Shown: positions 10,919 to 20,057 of the stretch, piece by piece
How the letters are laid out: each line of letters opens with the position of its first letter
Numbering within the stretch: position 1 is the first letter of the stretch
Assembly: GCA_963729045.1 (NCBI GenBank)
Contig: CAVSMN010000009.1
Span: 170,480-234,479, forward strand
Source: an uncultured Nitrososphaeraceae archaeon
GTDB taxonomy: Archaea > Thermoproteota > Nitrososphaeria > Nitrososphaerales > Nitrososphaeraceae
Direction: 5' to 3'
Length of the DNA stretch: 64,000 nt
The notes under the pieces: generated by a model
What the model was told of the DNA's origin: nothing
Database searches by the model: none
The model's input: the letters and a program-made list of their open reading frames with translations, nothing else
Program-made: the position numbers and the translations under genes

Positions 10919-11207
10919 AACTACCTCGATCTTTGGCACATTCAATAATTTCCGAGTCAGATAGATAGTTATCAATGCTAAATGCTCTATCAAAACATGC
11001 AGAGATTTCCTTTGAATGTTTGTTATCAGTCTTACCGTCATTGTCATTATTATTCTTAATGTTGTCGCTTAAAGCATAATTGTGAAGGCTATTTTGAGAA
11101 TAACTACCTCGATCTTTGGCACATTCAATAATTTCCGAGTCAGATAGATAGTTATCAATGCTAAATGCTCTATCAAAACATGCAGAGATTTCCTTTGAAT
11201 GTTTGTT
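10919..11207. repeat. ~106-bp direct repeat x2 (period 183) encoding NKHSKEISACFDRAFSIDNYLSDSEIIECAKDRGS
   Basis: 10919..11024 matches 11102..11207. Confidence 0.9.
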
Positions 11208-11296
11208 TTTGCCATCTAGAGACTCACCTAATTCGCTATTAGTTGGATTAGTATAGATATTTTTGTTGATTGATTTATGGAATGACTGGAATGAAT

Positions 11297-11520
11297 AAGG
11301 GTTGGATACTGGTTGATTCATATTTTGCTGTTGTAACCCCGAGAAGGTTGAAGGGTTGGATACTGGTTGATTCATATTTTGCTGTTGGAGCCCCGAGAAG
11401 GTTGAAGGGTTGGATACTGGTTGATTCATATTTTGCTGTTGTAACCCCGAGAAGGTTGAAGGGTTGTCTTTGGGTGGAGACTTGATAAAGGTTGAAGGGT
11501 TGTCTTTGGGTGGAGACTTG
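11297..11520. repeat. 54-bp tandem repeat x3 followed by 36-bp tandem repeat x2
   Basis: Encode NPSTFSGLQQQNMNQPVS x3 and KSPPKDNPSTF x2 on the minus strand. Confidence 0.9.
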
Positions 11521-11673
11521 AAGGTATCCATATAATTGCCATTAGCTGTATTTGATGAATCAGAAGTAAAAGTGGGAGTACGAACGTCACCGTCAGCAGT
11601 ATTTTTGCTCTGAAATTCATGATAGAATGGATTATTCTTACTTAAATTGTAAGGATTGCTACTAGAGGAGGAG

Positions 11674-11986
11674 GATACAGAAGTAGTACTATCAGGGGCT
11701 TTGTCTGGAGTGAAGAAGATACAGAAGTAGGACCATCAGGGGCTTTGTCTGGAGATGAAGAAGATACAGAAGTAGTACTATCAGGGGCTTTGTCTGGAGA
11801 TGAAGAAGATACAGAAGTAGTACTATCAGGGGCTTTGTCTGGGATGAAGAAGATACAGAAGTAGTACTATCAGGGGCTTTGTCTGGAGATGAAGAAGATA
11901 CAGAAGTAGTACTATCAGGGGCTTTGTCTGGAGATGAAGAAGATACAGAAGTAGGACTATCAGGGGCTTTGTCTGGAGATGAAGAA
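11674..11986. repeat. 45-bp tandem repeat, ~7 copies
   Basis: Unit TCTGGAGATGAAGAAGATACAGAAGTAGTACTATCAGGGGCTTTG, encoding SSSSPDKAPDSTTSV on the minus strand; no spacers. Confidence 0.93.
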
Positions 11987-12484
11987 TTTATTTTATTGAA
12001 GTTGTCAGTACAATCAGAATTTATACCAATAAGCGCACTAGTCATCATGCTCGTAATACAATCAGTAGTTTGGGCGATCAATGAATTATCAGGAACCAAA
12101 CTTATTTGACCGTACGAAGGAGTAAATGTTGCATATATAGTTGAAAACGATATCAATAAAAACACCATTAGAATGGGACTGATTTTATTTGCTATGTGCA
12201 CGAAAAAATAAAACAATCATACTTTATAATGAGCACTTTAGAATGCTAGTATTAACTTAACAATATATCTATTATACATAAATAAGATAGATTTTTTTTA
12301 TAAATTAAAAGGATGATTTGGTATGTTTATGATGTGATCTTAGTCTGTTATAGACTTGTTTTATGTGTAAAGTGTTAGGTGATACCTCGATAGAATCAAT
12401 TTTGTACTATCATTAAAAACAAAATTGTAGTTTTTTGGTTAAATTGACCCATATTATATATATAGATAATCTATAATAAAATAG

Positions 12485-13495
12485 TTGTTTTTGCCTAATT
12501 TTGAAGAGTTAGTAATAGGCACTGTTATCGCATCTATTATCGCTTTTCTAATAAATCTAATTTTAATGCCAAGTTTTATTAAATTTCTAAAACTCAAAGG
12601 AAAGGTTGTAAATGATAATCACAAACCAAATAAACCCAAGGTTCCTAGACCTGGGGGGCCGATATTATTATTAAGCATTGTCATTGGGGAACTAATTTTA
12701 TATTTCATTACCGGGAATCTCGAGATAGTAAGTATTTTACTTACTACGACTATTGCCTTCATAATAGGAATTATTGACGATTTTAGAATAATGCCGGGAT
12801 GGTTTAAACCAGGAGCATTGATTTTAGCCTCAATACCTCTAATTATTTTTCACATATATGATAACGAATTAAACGTGATTTTTGGGAGTGTGTTTATCCC
12901 CATCCTATACATCCCATTAATATTAATATCAATACCACTAGCGGGGAATACAGTAAACTCGATAGACGTATTCAACGGGGTAGCGACAGGATTCATGATT
13001 ATAACGATGTTTCCAATAATAATTAGTACCTTTTTGTTTGGAAATCTGGAAATTCTTATGATCGAGATACCATTTTTAGCGGCTTTGTTAGGATTTTATA
13101 TATTTCACAAATACCCCAGTAAGATATTTCCAGGAGATTCAGGTACGCTATTGATGGGAGCTATGTATGGAGCATTAGCAATTGCGTCTAAATCAGAAAT
13201 AATTGCAATCATAGCATTATTACCAGCAATAATGAACTCATTTTTGTTCTTGAGTAGTGTAAGGAAGATTGTTGAACACAGAGAATTGAAATCTAGACCA
13301 ACTATACTAAATGAAGATTATACACTACAGGCTTCAAAGGATAAGAACGCGCCCATAACCCTAGTTAGATTAATTTTGTTGGATGGAAAACTTTCTGAAA
13401 GAGAAATAGTCATGAAAATTTATAAATTGGCTACCTTTTCGTCATCGCTTGCACTAATAACAATATTATTACAATTTATTATATCCAGTGGATAG
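12485..13495 (+). CDS. Polyprenyl-phosphate GlcNAc-1-phosphate transferase (MraY/GPT family, AglH-like)
   Basis: GIIDD, NTVNSIDVFNG and IFPGDSGT motifs; polytopic membrane protein. Confidence 0.88.
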   Translation: MFLPNFEELVIGTVIASIIAFLINLILMPSFIKFLKLKGKVVNDNHKPNKPKVPRPGGPILLLSIVIGELILYFITGNLEIVSILLTTTIAFIIGIIDDFRIMPGWFKPGALILASIPLIIFHIYDNELNVIFGSVFIPILYIPLILISIPLAGNTVNSIDVFNGVATGFMIITMFPIIISTFLFGNLEILMIEIPFLAALLGFYIFHKYPSKIFPGDSGTLLMGAMYGALAIASKSEIIAIIALLPAIMNSFLFLSSVRKIVEHRELKSRPTILNEDYTLQASKDKNAPITLVRLILLDGKLSEREIVMKIYKLATFSSSLALITILLQFIISSG

Positions 13496-13772
13496 AGTAG
13501 GAGGAGTAGGAGGAGAAATGAATTTTTTAGATCTCAAATTCTTTATCTTGTTTATGTGGGTGCTGGTCATGACAGCATGTATTTTTATTATTTTTGTTAT
13601 AGCCCCAATCAGTAAATTTCAAATAGATCAAAATGATTCGCTATCTTTTCTAAAGACTTCATTTATTCAGGCAATATTAGCAGTTATTATAGTTGGAATT
13701 TTAATAATTGTACTGAATAAATTTAAGAAAGTATATTTGTTAAAAAAACTTTCGGGTAAAAATAAAAGTTAA
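13488..13772 (+). CDS. Small two-TM membrane protein
   Basis: Two hydrophobic helices and a basic tail; directly follows the GPT gene. Confidence 0.6.
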   Translation: MDRVGGVGGEMNFLDLKFFILFMWVLVMTACIFIIFVIAPISKFQIDQNDSLSFLKTSFIQAILAVIIVGILIIVLNKFKKVYLLKKLSGKNKS

Positions 13773-13978
13773 TCTATTTCTGCAGTATAAACCTGGATTA
13801 AGTTAGAAAATCCCTTTTTCTCTACAAAATTCCAAATCTTTCCACAAATTGAACATGTTATTATATTGTCTTTAGATGAATACTCTAAGCTATAATGGCT
13901 ACAACGAATTTGATACTCATATTTGAGCGACTCTAATTCTTTAATCGTATCTATATGCCTGACAGAATTTTCTGTCAA
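13769..13978 (-). CDS. Small putative zinc-binding protein
   Basis: CSH...CSICGKIW motif in a 69-aa ORF. Confidence 0.55.
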   Translation of the reverse strand: MTENSVRHIDTIKELESLKYEYQIRCSHYSLEYSSKDNIITCSICGKIWNFVEKKGFSNLIQVYTAEID

Positions 13979-14161
13979 TATTATTACTTAGAATCAACAT
14001 AATATAATCTATTAATCATGAAAATTAATATAGTTTCAAAAAAAATAAGTGACCTATAGTCGAATTCATATAGATATAGTAATAATATTGAATAACAATG
14101 TAATAACCATTATTATTAAGAATCTATATATATAAAATCAATAGTATAGATAGGTATAATA

Positions 14162-15238
14162 TTGAATAAATTGAATTCGGACATTAGAAAAATTCAATTT
14201 ACAGGTAGATCCACATACATTTTATCATTACCCAAAAAATGGATTGAAGAAATGAATCTTAAAGCAGGTGACCATGTTTCTATCTCCCGAGGTTCAAACA
14301 ATTCGCTATGTATTACTCCAGAGCAGGAGAAGAGATTACAAGACTCGACAAACGAAGTTAGCACTCAGGTATTGATTGATGAAGGTCCCAACACCCTAAA
14401 GAGAAAGATTGTTTCAATGTATTTATCAGGATATAACCTGATAAATCTAAAAGCGAAATCTGCAAGGATTCAACCCATACAAAGAGAGGCAGTTAGAGAA
14501 GTGGTAAGAAGAAGTTTGATAGGAACAGAAATTATTGCAGATTCCTCCGATATAATTACCATCCAAGTTTTATTAACACTACCGGAACTATCAGTTAACA
14601 CGGCTGTACGGAGGATGTTTCTGATTGCTTCCTCAATGCATAGAGATGCCTTAGTGGCGTTAAAAGAAAAAAATTATGATATAGCGATGGGAGTAATCAG
14701 ATCGGATGATGAAGTGGATAGATTTAGTCTCTACATATTAAGAAATCTAGTCATGGGTACTAATAATGAAAGAGTATTACAGGAAATAGGGTTAAAAAAT
14801 GCCTCCGATTGTCTTAGCTATCGAGTTACTGTAAAAAGTATCGAAAGAGTTGCTGACCATGCATCGAGAATTGCTTCAAAATCAATGGAAATTCAAAGTT
14901 TGATCCCTCCTTTGATAACCGAGAAATTGGAGAAATTGAGTAATTCTGCTTTGGAGGTTTTGACATCTGCAGTTGAGGCTTTCTTAAGAAGAGACTACAA
15001 TTTGGCTGATAAAATTGCAGATAAATCAGATAACGTTCTTGGTATTGAAAGAGAGATAATGTTGTTCTTGGATTCATTAGAAAATAAGGATATCGACAGT
15101 CACAATATCAATGCGGGAGTAAAATTAATACTTGAAGATATACGCAGAACTGTAGAACATGCAAGTGATATTGCAGAATCAGCCATGAATCAAACTGTAG
15201 GAGAGATAATTAAAGTAGAGAAAAAGGGAGAGAATTGA
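14162..15238 (+). CDS. phoU: Phosphate uptake regulator, AbrB DNA-binding domain + PhoU repeats
   Basis: RKIQFTGRSTYILSLPKKW AbrB motif; DDEVDR, ERVADHA and RRTVEHASDIAE PhoU motifs. Confidence 0.88.
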   Translation: MNKLNSDIRKIQFTGRSTYILSLPKKWIEEMNLKAGDHVSISRGSNNSLCITPEQEKRLQDSTNEVSTQVLIDEGPNTLKRKIVSMYLSGYNLINLKAKSARIQPIQREAVREVVRRSLIGTEIIADSSDIITIQVLLTLPELSVNTAVRRMFLIASSMHRDALVALKEKNYDIAMGVIRSDDEVDRFSLYILRNLVMGTNNERVLQEIGLKNASDCLSYRVTVKSIERVADHASRIASKSMEIQSLIPPLITEKLEKLSNSALEVLTSAVEAFLRRDYNLADKIADKSDNVLGIEREIMLFLDSLENKDIDSHNINAGVKLILEDIRRTVEHASDIAESAMNQTVGEIIKVEKKGEN

Positions 15239-15465
15239 AATTAGATATTGGTTTGTAGTAAAATTTGATTTATTTTAGAACAAAGACTACAGTGCATATT
15301 GCAATTATCATGAATACAAATGGATCTAAGCGAATTACATACAAAACACCAAACTTGTTTATCCATGGAGTTAAGAAAATAACAATTATTATAAATATTA
15401 TGAATAAATAATAACATTAATTAGATAATAGATCGGAATAATATGCTATTTTAATATTAAAAATA

Positions 15466-15804
15466 TTAAATGGCAGATTCGCCTCTAGCCTTTGTTCTTA
15501 TGTCTATTGCCTCCTGCACTTCCGATATGAAAATTTTGCCACCTATTTTATTACTAAGTGTATCCAATAAATTATTGACTAGTTTATCTACCACATCGTC
15601 CCTCACAACTATTTCAATTTTTGTTCTAGGAACAAATTCCGGAGTGTATTGCATAGTACCTCTCCCAATTGAAACAGGTTCGGCTTTAGATATTCCTTTT
15701 CCTTGAACTCGATAGTGACTCATTCCTCCGATGTTATTATCCTTTAAAACGGCACCAACAGTTTGTAGTTCTCTGTCTGGAATTATTATTTCAATCTTTT
15801 TCAC
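15466..15804 (-). CDS. P-II family nitrogen regulatory protein (GlnB/GlnK-like)
   Basis: 112 aa; MKKIEIII, VQGKG, T-loop RGTMQY, GGKIFIS and IDIRT..RGESAI. Confidence 0.92.
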   Translation of the reverse strand: MKKIEIIIPDRELQTVGAVLKDNNIGGMSHYRVQGKGISKAEPVSIGRGTMQYTPEFVPRTKIEIVVRDDVVDKLVNNLLDTLSNKIGGKIFISEVQEAIDIRTKARGESAI

Positions 15805-15858
15805 TATTATTGATCAACCATCATATTTTTTATATAACATATTTAAAACATCAATGTG

Positions 15859-15877
15859 TTCACTGCATTGCAGTGAA
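15859..15877. promoter_or_regulatory. Palindromic candidate operator upstream of the P-II gene
   Basis: TTCACTGCA-T-TGCAGTGAA perfect 9-1-9 inverted repeat, 55-73 nt upstream of the P-II start. Confidence 0.5.
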
Positions 15878-16073
15878 ATAGTATCATAAAATAATTGAAA
15901 AAGATAATATTTATAAAATCTATTAACTATATTATGGGCATATTACTATATATAAATTTTAAAAGTATATTGTAAAATAGTAAAGAATGTAGATCGAATG
16001 TTCTGATCGAAAGACATGATCGAATGGACAGCTTTTAATAAATACTTGATCTACAATGTTCTATTTGATAATA

Positions 16074-16334
16074 ATGAAATATAGAAGTAGAACAGAAATA
16101 ACTGTCTTAATACTAGAAGCAGCAAATGGTGGGGCTACAAAGACAAAAATCATGTACAAATCATTCCTTTCATACGCACAGTTAAAAGAATACTTTACAA
16201 TGCTAATTGAGAATGGTTCGCTAGAATATGAAAGTGGATTGTTAAATATCTATAGAACAACAGAAAAAGGCTTACGACTATTAAAGATATATAATCAGAT
16301 AGAAGAAATAATACCACAAGTTCATTCAAATTAG
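16074..16334 (+). CDS. Small winged-helix protein (HTH_45/DUF4364-like), copy A
   Basis: MKYRSRTEI...GATKTKIMYKSFLSYAQLKEY...YRTTEKG; start set at MKYRS by comparison with paralog 32818. Confidence 0.88.
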   Translation: MKYRSRTEITVLILEAANGGATKTKIMYKSFLSYAQLKEYFTMLIENGSLEYESGLLNIYRTTEKGLRLLKIYNQIEEIIPQVHSN

Positions 16335-16420
16335 TGACGTTCATTTATTATTACATAGGCAAACTAAAACTATAGATTTTGATAAATAATAATCTCTGAT
16401 TCATTGTAATTATTTTATAT

Positions 16421-16849
16421 CTATTTAACCACTAGTACCGGAATTTTACTATGATGTAATACTCGATGAGAAACACTGCCCAGTATGGCGTGTTTGAATT
16501 TCCCTCTACCTCGACTCCCTATAGTAATATAATCAAAATTGTTTTTCTCGATATAATCAATTATTATGGACCCAACATTTTGTCCTTCCAAAAATATGGT
16601 TTCTGGTTCTAAACCATAGTTTTTTGTTCTATTAACAGCATTTTCAAGAACAATTTTGGCTTCTTTTTCTAGCTCTGCCATTATAGAGTTTACTAGTTTT
16701 TGAGATTGAATATAAACGAAAGGAGGGATTTCAAGTACATATAGGACTATCAATTTTGAGTCTAATTTGGAACTCAAGAATGAAGCATGATCTAAGGATC
16801 TCATTGAATTTTCAGAACCATCCACTGGAGCAAGTATTCTGGAATTCAT
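16421..16849 (-). CDS. Universal stress protein (UspA family)
   Basis: ILAPVDGSENS and IGSRGRG....LGSVSHRVLHHSKIPVLVVK. Confidence 0.93.
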   Translation of the reverse strand: MNSRILAPVDGSENSMRSLDHASFLSSKLDSKLIVLYVLEIPPFVYIQSQKLVNSIMAELEKEAKIVLENAVNRTKNYGLEPETIFLEGQNVGSIIIDYIEKNNFDYITIGSRGRGKFKHAILGSVSHRVLHHSKIPVLVVK

Positions 16850-16965
16850 TAGATAATATGAGTGAATTCAATGATATAAATCTAATATTTGAAATATGTT
16901 CTCATAAAAAGTAAATAATTTAGGAAAAAATTTTGTATCTTAGATATAAAAATTAAAAGAATATA

Positions 16966-17241
16966 TTAAAAAATGTCTTTATTAGAGGTATTTATTGTGC
17001 TTGGGATTAATTCTTCTATCTGATTATATATCTTTAATAGTCGTAAGCCTTTTTCTGTTGTTCTATACTTTTGAGTTCCATCTTCATATTCTAACAAAGC
17101 ATTCTCAATTAGCATTGTAAAGTATTCTTTTAACTGTGCGTATGAAAGGAATGATTTGTACATGATTTTTGTCTTTGTAGCCCCACCATTTGCTGCTTCT
17201 AGTATTAAGACAGTTATTTCTGTTCTACTTCTATATTTCAT
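16966..17241 (-). CDS. Small winged-helix protein, copy B
   Basis: Same sequence as copy C with a different C-terminal tail (NTSNKDIF). Confidence 0.88.
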   Translation of the reverse strand: MKYRSRTEITVLILEAANGGATKTKIMYKSFLSYAQLKEYFTMLIENALLEYEDGTQKYRTTEKGLRLLKIYNQIEELIPSTINTSNKDIF

Positions 17242-17633
17242 TATTATCAAATAGAACATTGTAGATCAAGTATTTATTAAAAGCTGTCCATTCGATCATG
17301 TCTTTCGATCAGAACATTCGATCACAACAACTGACATAATAATCTATTTCATAAAAAATATGACATTTACTAATTTCGAGTTCCTTAAGTATGTAATAGA
17401 AAATCTTAATGAATTAATGTTATTAATCTATTTAGCTATTTAGTTACGAATTTGCTGAAACCAAATTTTAGTTTATTTTACTTTGGTATAAACAAATATT
17501 CAATTAAGTTGAAATCGTTGAAATCAATATGATATATTTTAACAAGTTTGTTTTTTTCGAAAACAAGGATAAGATATGGTCTCTAGGGTTTAGATTACGA
17601 TAATTATTTAAATTACAATCAGGCAATGATCTC

Positions 17634-17936
17634 ATGTCTTATGGGTCTGCTACTCCATCGGAGCCTTCAACGAAGAAACTAGTATTAATTTTTGGTATTA
17701 TTGCTATAGGTGCATTTATTGTTTTGAGTATTTTTGTATTTCCTATTAAAAATTTAATCAGAGACGATGTTACTGCCGAGGTTAAAATATTAAGTAAAAA
17801 TGAAGGAATTTGTGTTGTTGATACTGCTGATCATCCTAGAGGTATTAATCAATGTCCCTACGAGGCTGGAGATATAGTAATAGTAAAATACAAAGAGGGA
17901 ACTTCAGACATAATAAGTCACGAATTAAAACTCTAA
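17634..17936 (+). CDS. Membrane-anchored hypothetical protein
   Basis: Single N-terminal TM helix followed by a small domain with two Cys. Confidence 0.7.
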   Translation: MSYGSATPSEPSTKKLVLIFGIIAIGAFIVLSIFVFPIKNLIRDDVTAEVKILSKNEGICVVDTADHPRGINQCPYEAGDIVIVKYKEGTSDIISHELKL

Positions 17937-17984
17937 AAATAAATATATTATTTGGTTTTAGTTATTTGAGTTGAATTAAAGAAA

Positions 17985-18239
17985 TTATTTTATTGTGCTT
18001 GGGATTAATTCTTCTATCTGATTATATATCTTTAATAGTCGTAAGCCTTTTTCTGTTGTTCTATACTTTTGAGTTCCATCTTCATATTCTAACAAAGCAT
18101 TCTCAATTAGCATTGTAAAGTATTCTTTTAACTGTGCGTATGAAAGGAATGATTTGTACATGATTTTTGTCTTTGTAGCCCCACCATTTGCTGCTTCTAG
18201 TATTAAGACAGTTATTTCTGTTCTACTTCTATATTTCAT
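17985..18239 (-). CDS. Small winged-helix protein, copy C (directly downstream of cdc6)
   Basis: Same motif set as copies A and B. Confidence 0.88.
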   Translation of the reverse strand: MKYRSRTEITVLILEAANGGATKTKIMYKSFLSYAQLKEYFTMLIENALLEYEDGTQKYRTTEKGLRLLKIYNQIEELIPSTIK

Positions 18240-18319
18240 TATTATCAAATAGAACATTGTTGATCAAGTATTTATTAAAAGCTGTCCATTCGATCATGTC
18301 TTTCGATCAGAACATTCGA

Positions 18320-19537
18320 TCACAACAACATAGATAAGAAATTATCATCCTTTAGTGCTTTGGATACAGTATCAGAAGAAACAGCCATTTTTATTATTTG
18401 AGAACGGCCATACCTACCATGGCTAACGACGTTTGAAGTAATTAATCCAAGTTGATCCAATTCACTAATTATTTGAGTGACTCTTCTTTGGGTCAAAGAA
18501 TCATGTTCAATCTGTTTACATAATGAAGTATAGATATCATAAACATCTCCAGTCATACCAGTTTGAGATTTCATGATAGATAGAACAATCAATTTTGTAT
18601 GTGTAGTGGAATTTTTAATGACCTCATAATTAGTGTCTTTTTCAATCTTTTCTTGTGCTTCTCGAATATGATTTTCAGTAACCATATCAGCCCTTTCTCT
18701 TTCCGCTATTTCAGCCGCTACTCTTAATAGATCAATTGCCTTTCTAGCGTCCCCATTTTCCTTCCCGGCCACTGCTGCACATAAATTAATCGCTGCCTGA
18801 CCAATAGATCCCTCATTAAATGCAAGTTTTGATCGATCATTTAGGATTTCTTTTAATTGAATTATTGTATATGGATTGAATATTATTTCCTCCTCACTTA
18901 GACTGCTTCTAACTCTTGGGTCTAGTTTGTCTTTAAATGTAAGACTATTAGATATTCCTATCAAAGATACAAACCCGTCTCCCAACATACGTTCATTTGC
19001 TCTAGTAAAGTTATATAAAACATCATCTCCATTCCTATCAACCAAGGAATCAATCTCATCTATAATTAAAACTACATGAAGATTATTTTTTTTTAAATAT
19101 TCAAGAATCCTATCAGTGGCTTCGCCCATAGACAAACCAGTAAAATGAACTTTTAATTTCCTGTCGAAGCGATTAATCCCTATATCCTCCGCAATATCAT
19201 ATAATACCTTGTATGAAGTATTTGAAGTCTTTGCGTTAATGATAGTAACGGTAATCTCTATTCCATGTTCTATTGATTTTTTTTTTAATCTAGTAATTAC
19301 ATTTTTTACAACAGCAGTTTTCCCAGTTCCAGGTTTTCCAAAAACTAAGAGATTAGAAGGTCTACCATTCTTTAATACGACTGATAATACTTGCGCGATT
19401 GTTTTAGACTCTTCGTCTCTAAATGGCAATTTTTCAGGAACATAATCGATTGTTAATGTTTTTCTATTCTTAATTAAATTAGCTCCAATAACAGCCTTAT
19501 CAAATATATTATCTAAATAATCTGAATCCATCATCAT
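18320..19537 (-). CDS. cdc6: Orc1/Cdc6 replication initiator
   Basis: YVPEKLPFR, Walker A GKPGTGKT, Walker B IIDEID, LDPRVRSSL, GDARKAIDLLR, C-terminal wH with GRYGRS. Confidence 0.96.
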   Translation of the reverse strand: MMMDSDYLDNIFDKAVIGANLIKNRKTLTIDYVPEKLPFRDEESKTIAQVLSVVLKNGRPSNLLVFGKPGTGKTAVVKNVITRLKKKSIEHGIEITVTIINAKTSNTSYKVLYDIAEDIGINRFDRKLKVHFTGLSMGEATDRILEYLKKNNLHVVLIIDEIDSLVDRNGDDVLYNFTRANERMLGDGFVSLIGISNSLTFKDKLDPRVRSSLSEEEIIFNPYTIIQLKEILNDRSKLAFNEGSIGQAAINLCAAVAGKENGDARKAIDLLRVAAEIAERERADMVTENHIREAQEKIEKDTNYEVIKNSTTHTKLIVLSIMKSQTGMTGDVYDIYTSLCKQIEHDSLTQRRVTQIISELDQLGLITSNVVSHGRYGRSQIIKMAVSSDTVSKALKDDNFLSMLL

Positions 19538-19544
19538 TTCTTTC

Positions 19545-20040
19545 CGTTAATAGTATTGATAAATCAACACAGACACACCCCTATTTTTCTATTCGAATGA
19601 TAAAAAGATAATGTCATGTTAATATGCTAACTGTTATTAACATTTAATTTTAAACAGGTTAATCAATTATTTTATACATAATAATTAAATAAATTAATAT
19701 AATTCTACTATCAAAATCAATATTAATTGCATAAGAAATAGAGGGGCCTGTGGCTTTCAAACCAAATTAACATTAATCTTAACAGTTAAAAATCATTTGA
19801 TAATAAACGTGAATTAACCCCTTTATTTCCACTGGAGGAATTCTAAATTCATTCACAACGATAATAAACGTGAATTAACCCCTTTATTTCCACTGGAACT
19901 AGAAAACCTTTAAGATGGATAATCAAATTAACTTTAGAAATATAGACATCAATAATTATGTGCTTATTTTAGTTAACAAAAACTAATCTTTTAGTTATCA
20001 ATTTTTATTCCATATTGTTAAGTTAACATATGTTATCAAA
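19545..20040. other. Chromosomal replication origin (oriC)
   Basis: AT-rich intergenic region upstream of cdc6. Two canonical ORBs (reverse complement TCCAGTGGAAATAAAGGGGT at 19817..19836 and 19878..19897, inside a 38-bp direct repeat 19799..19836/19860..19897) plus degenerate ORBs at 19577..19597 (-) and 19727..19747 (+). Confidence 0.88.
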
Positions 20041-20057
20041 TTCACAGAGACGATAAA

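Larger units (their letters stand above)
10911..12216 (-). pseudogene. Secreted Ser/Thr/Pro-rich multi-repeat protein, frameshifted (real or sequencing error)
   Basis: ORFs 11692..12216 and 10911..11531 are one gene: the downstream frame is open through APDSTTSVSSSSSSNPYNL...GNYMDTF. Two repeat units each lack one A (~11843 and ~11710). N-terminal signal peptide. Confidence 0.75.
15992..18329. repeat. Triplicated ~320-340 bp promoter + wHTH unit (A 15992..16307 +; B 16991..17331 -; C 17989..18329 -)
   Basis: B and C match over 341 bp with one mismatch seen. A is inverted and matches B except for a ~35-bp internal patch. Confidence 0.93.

Noticed and set aside
11426..11620. Separate signal-peptide ORF MNFRAKILL...
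   Set aside because: Alternative frame inside the continuous 10911..12216 gene.
11674..11986. CRISPR array
   Set aside because: Units are contiguous 45-mers with no unique spacers, they encode a peptide repeat, and no cas genes are present.
15992..17322. Composite transposon carrying the USP gene
   Set aside because: The inverted repeats are wHTH genes, not IS elements; no transposase or target-site duplication was seen.
19799..19897. Mini-CRISPR (38-bp repeat, 23-bp spacer)
   Set aside because: The repeats contain canonical ORB sequences beside cdc6, so an origin explains them.
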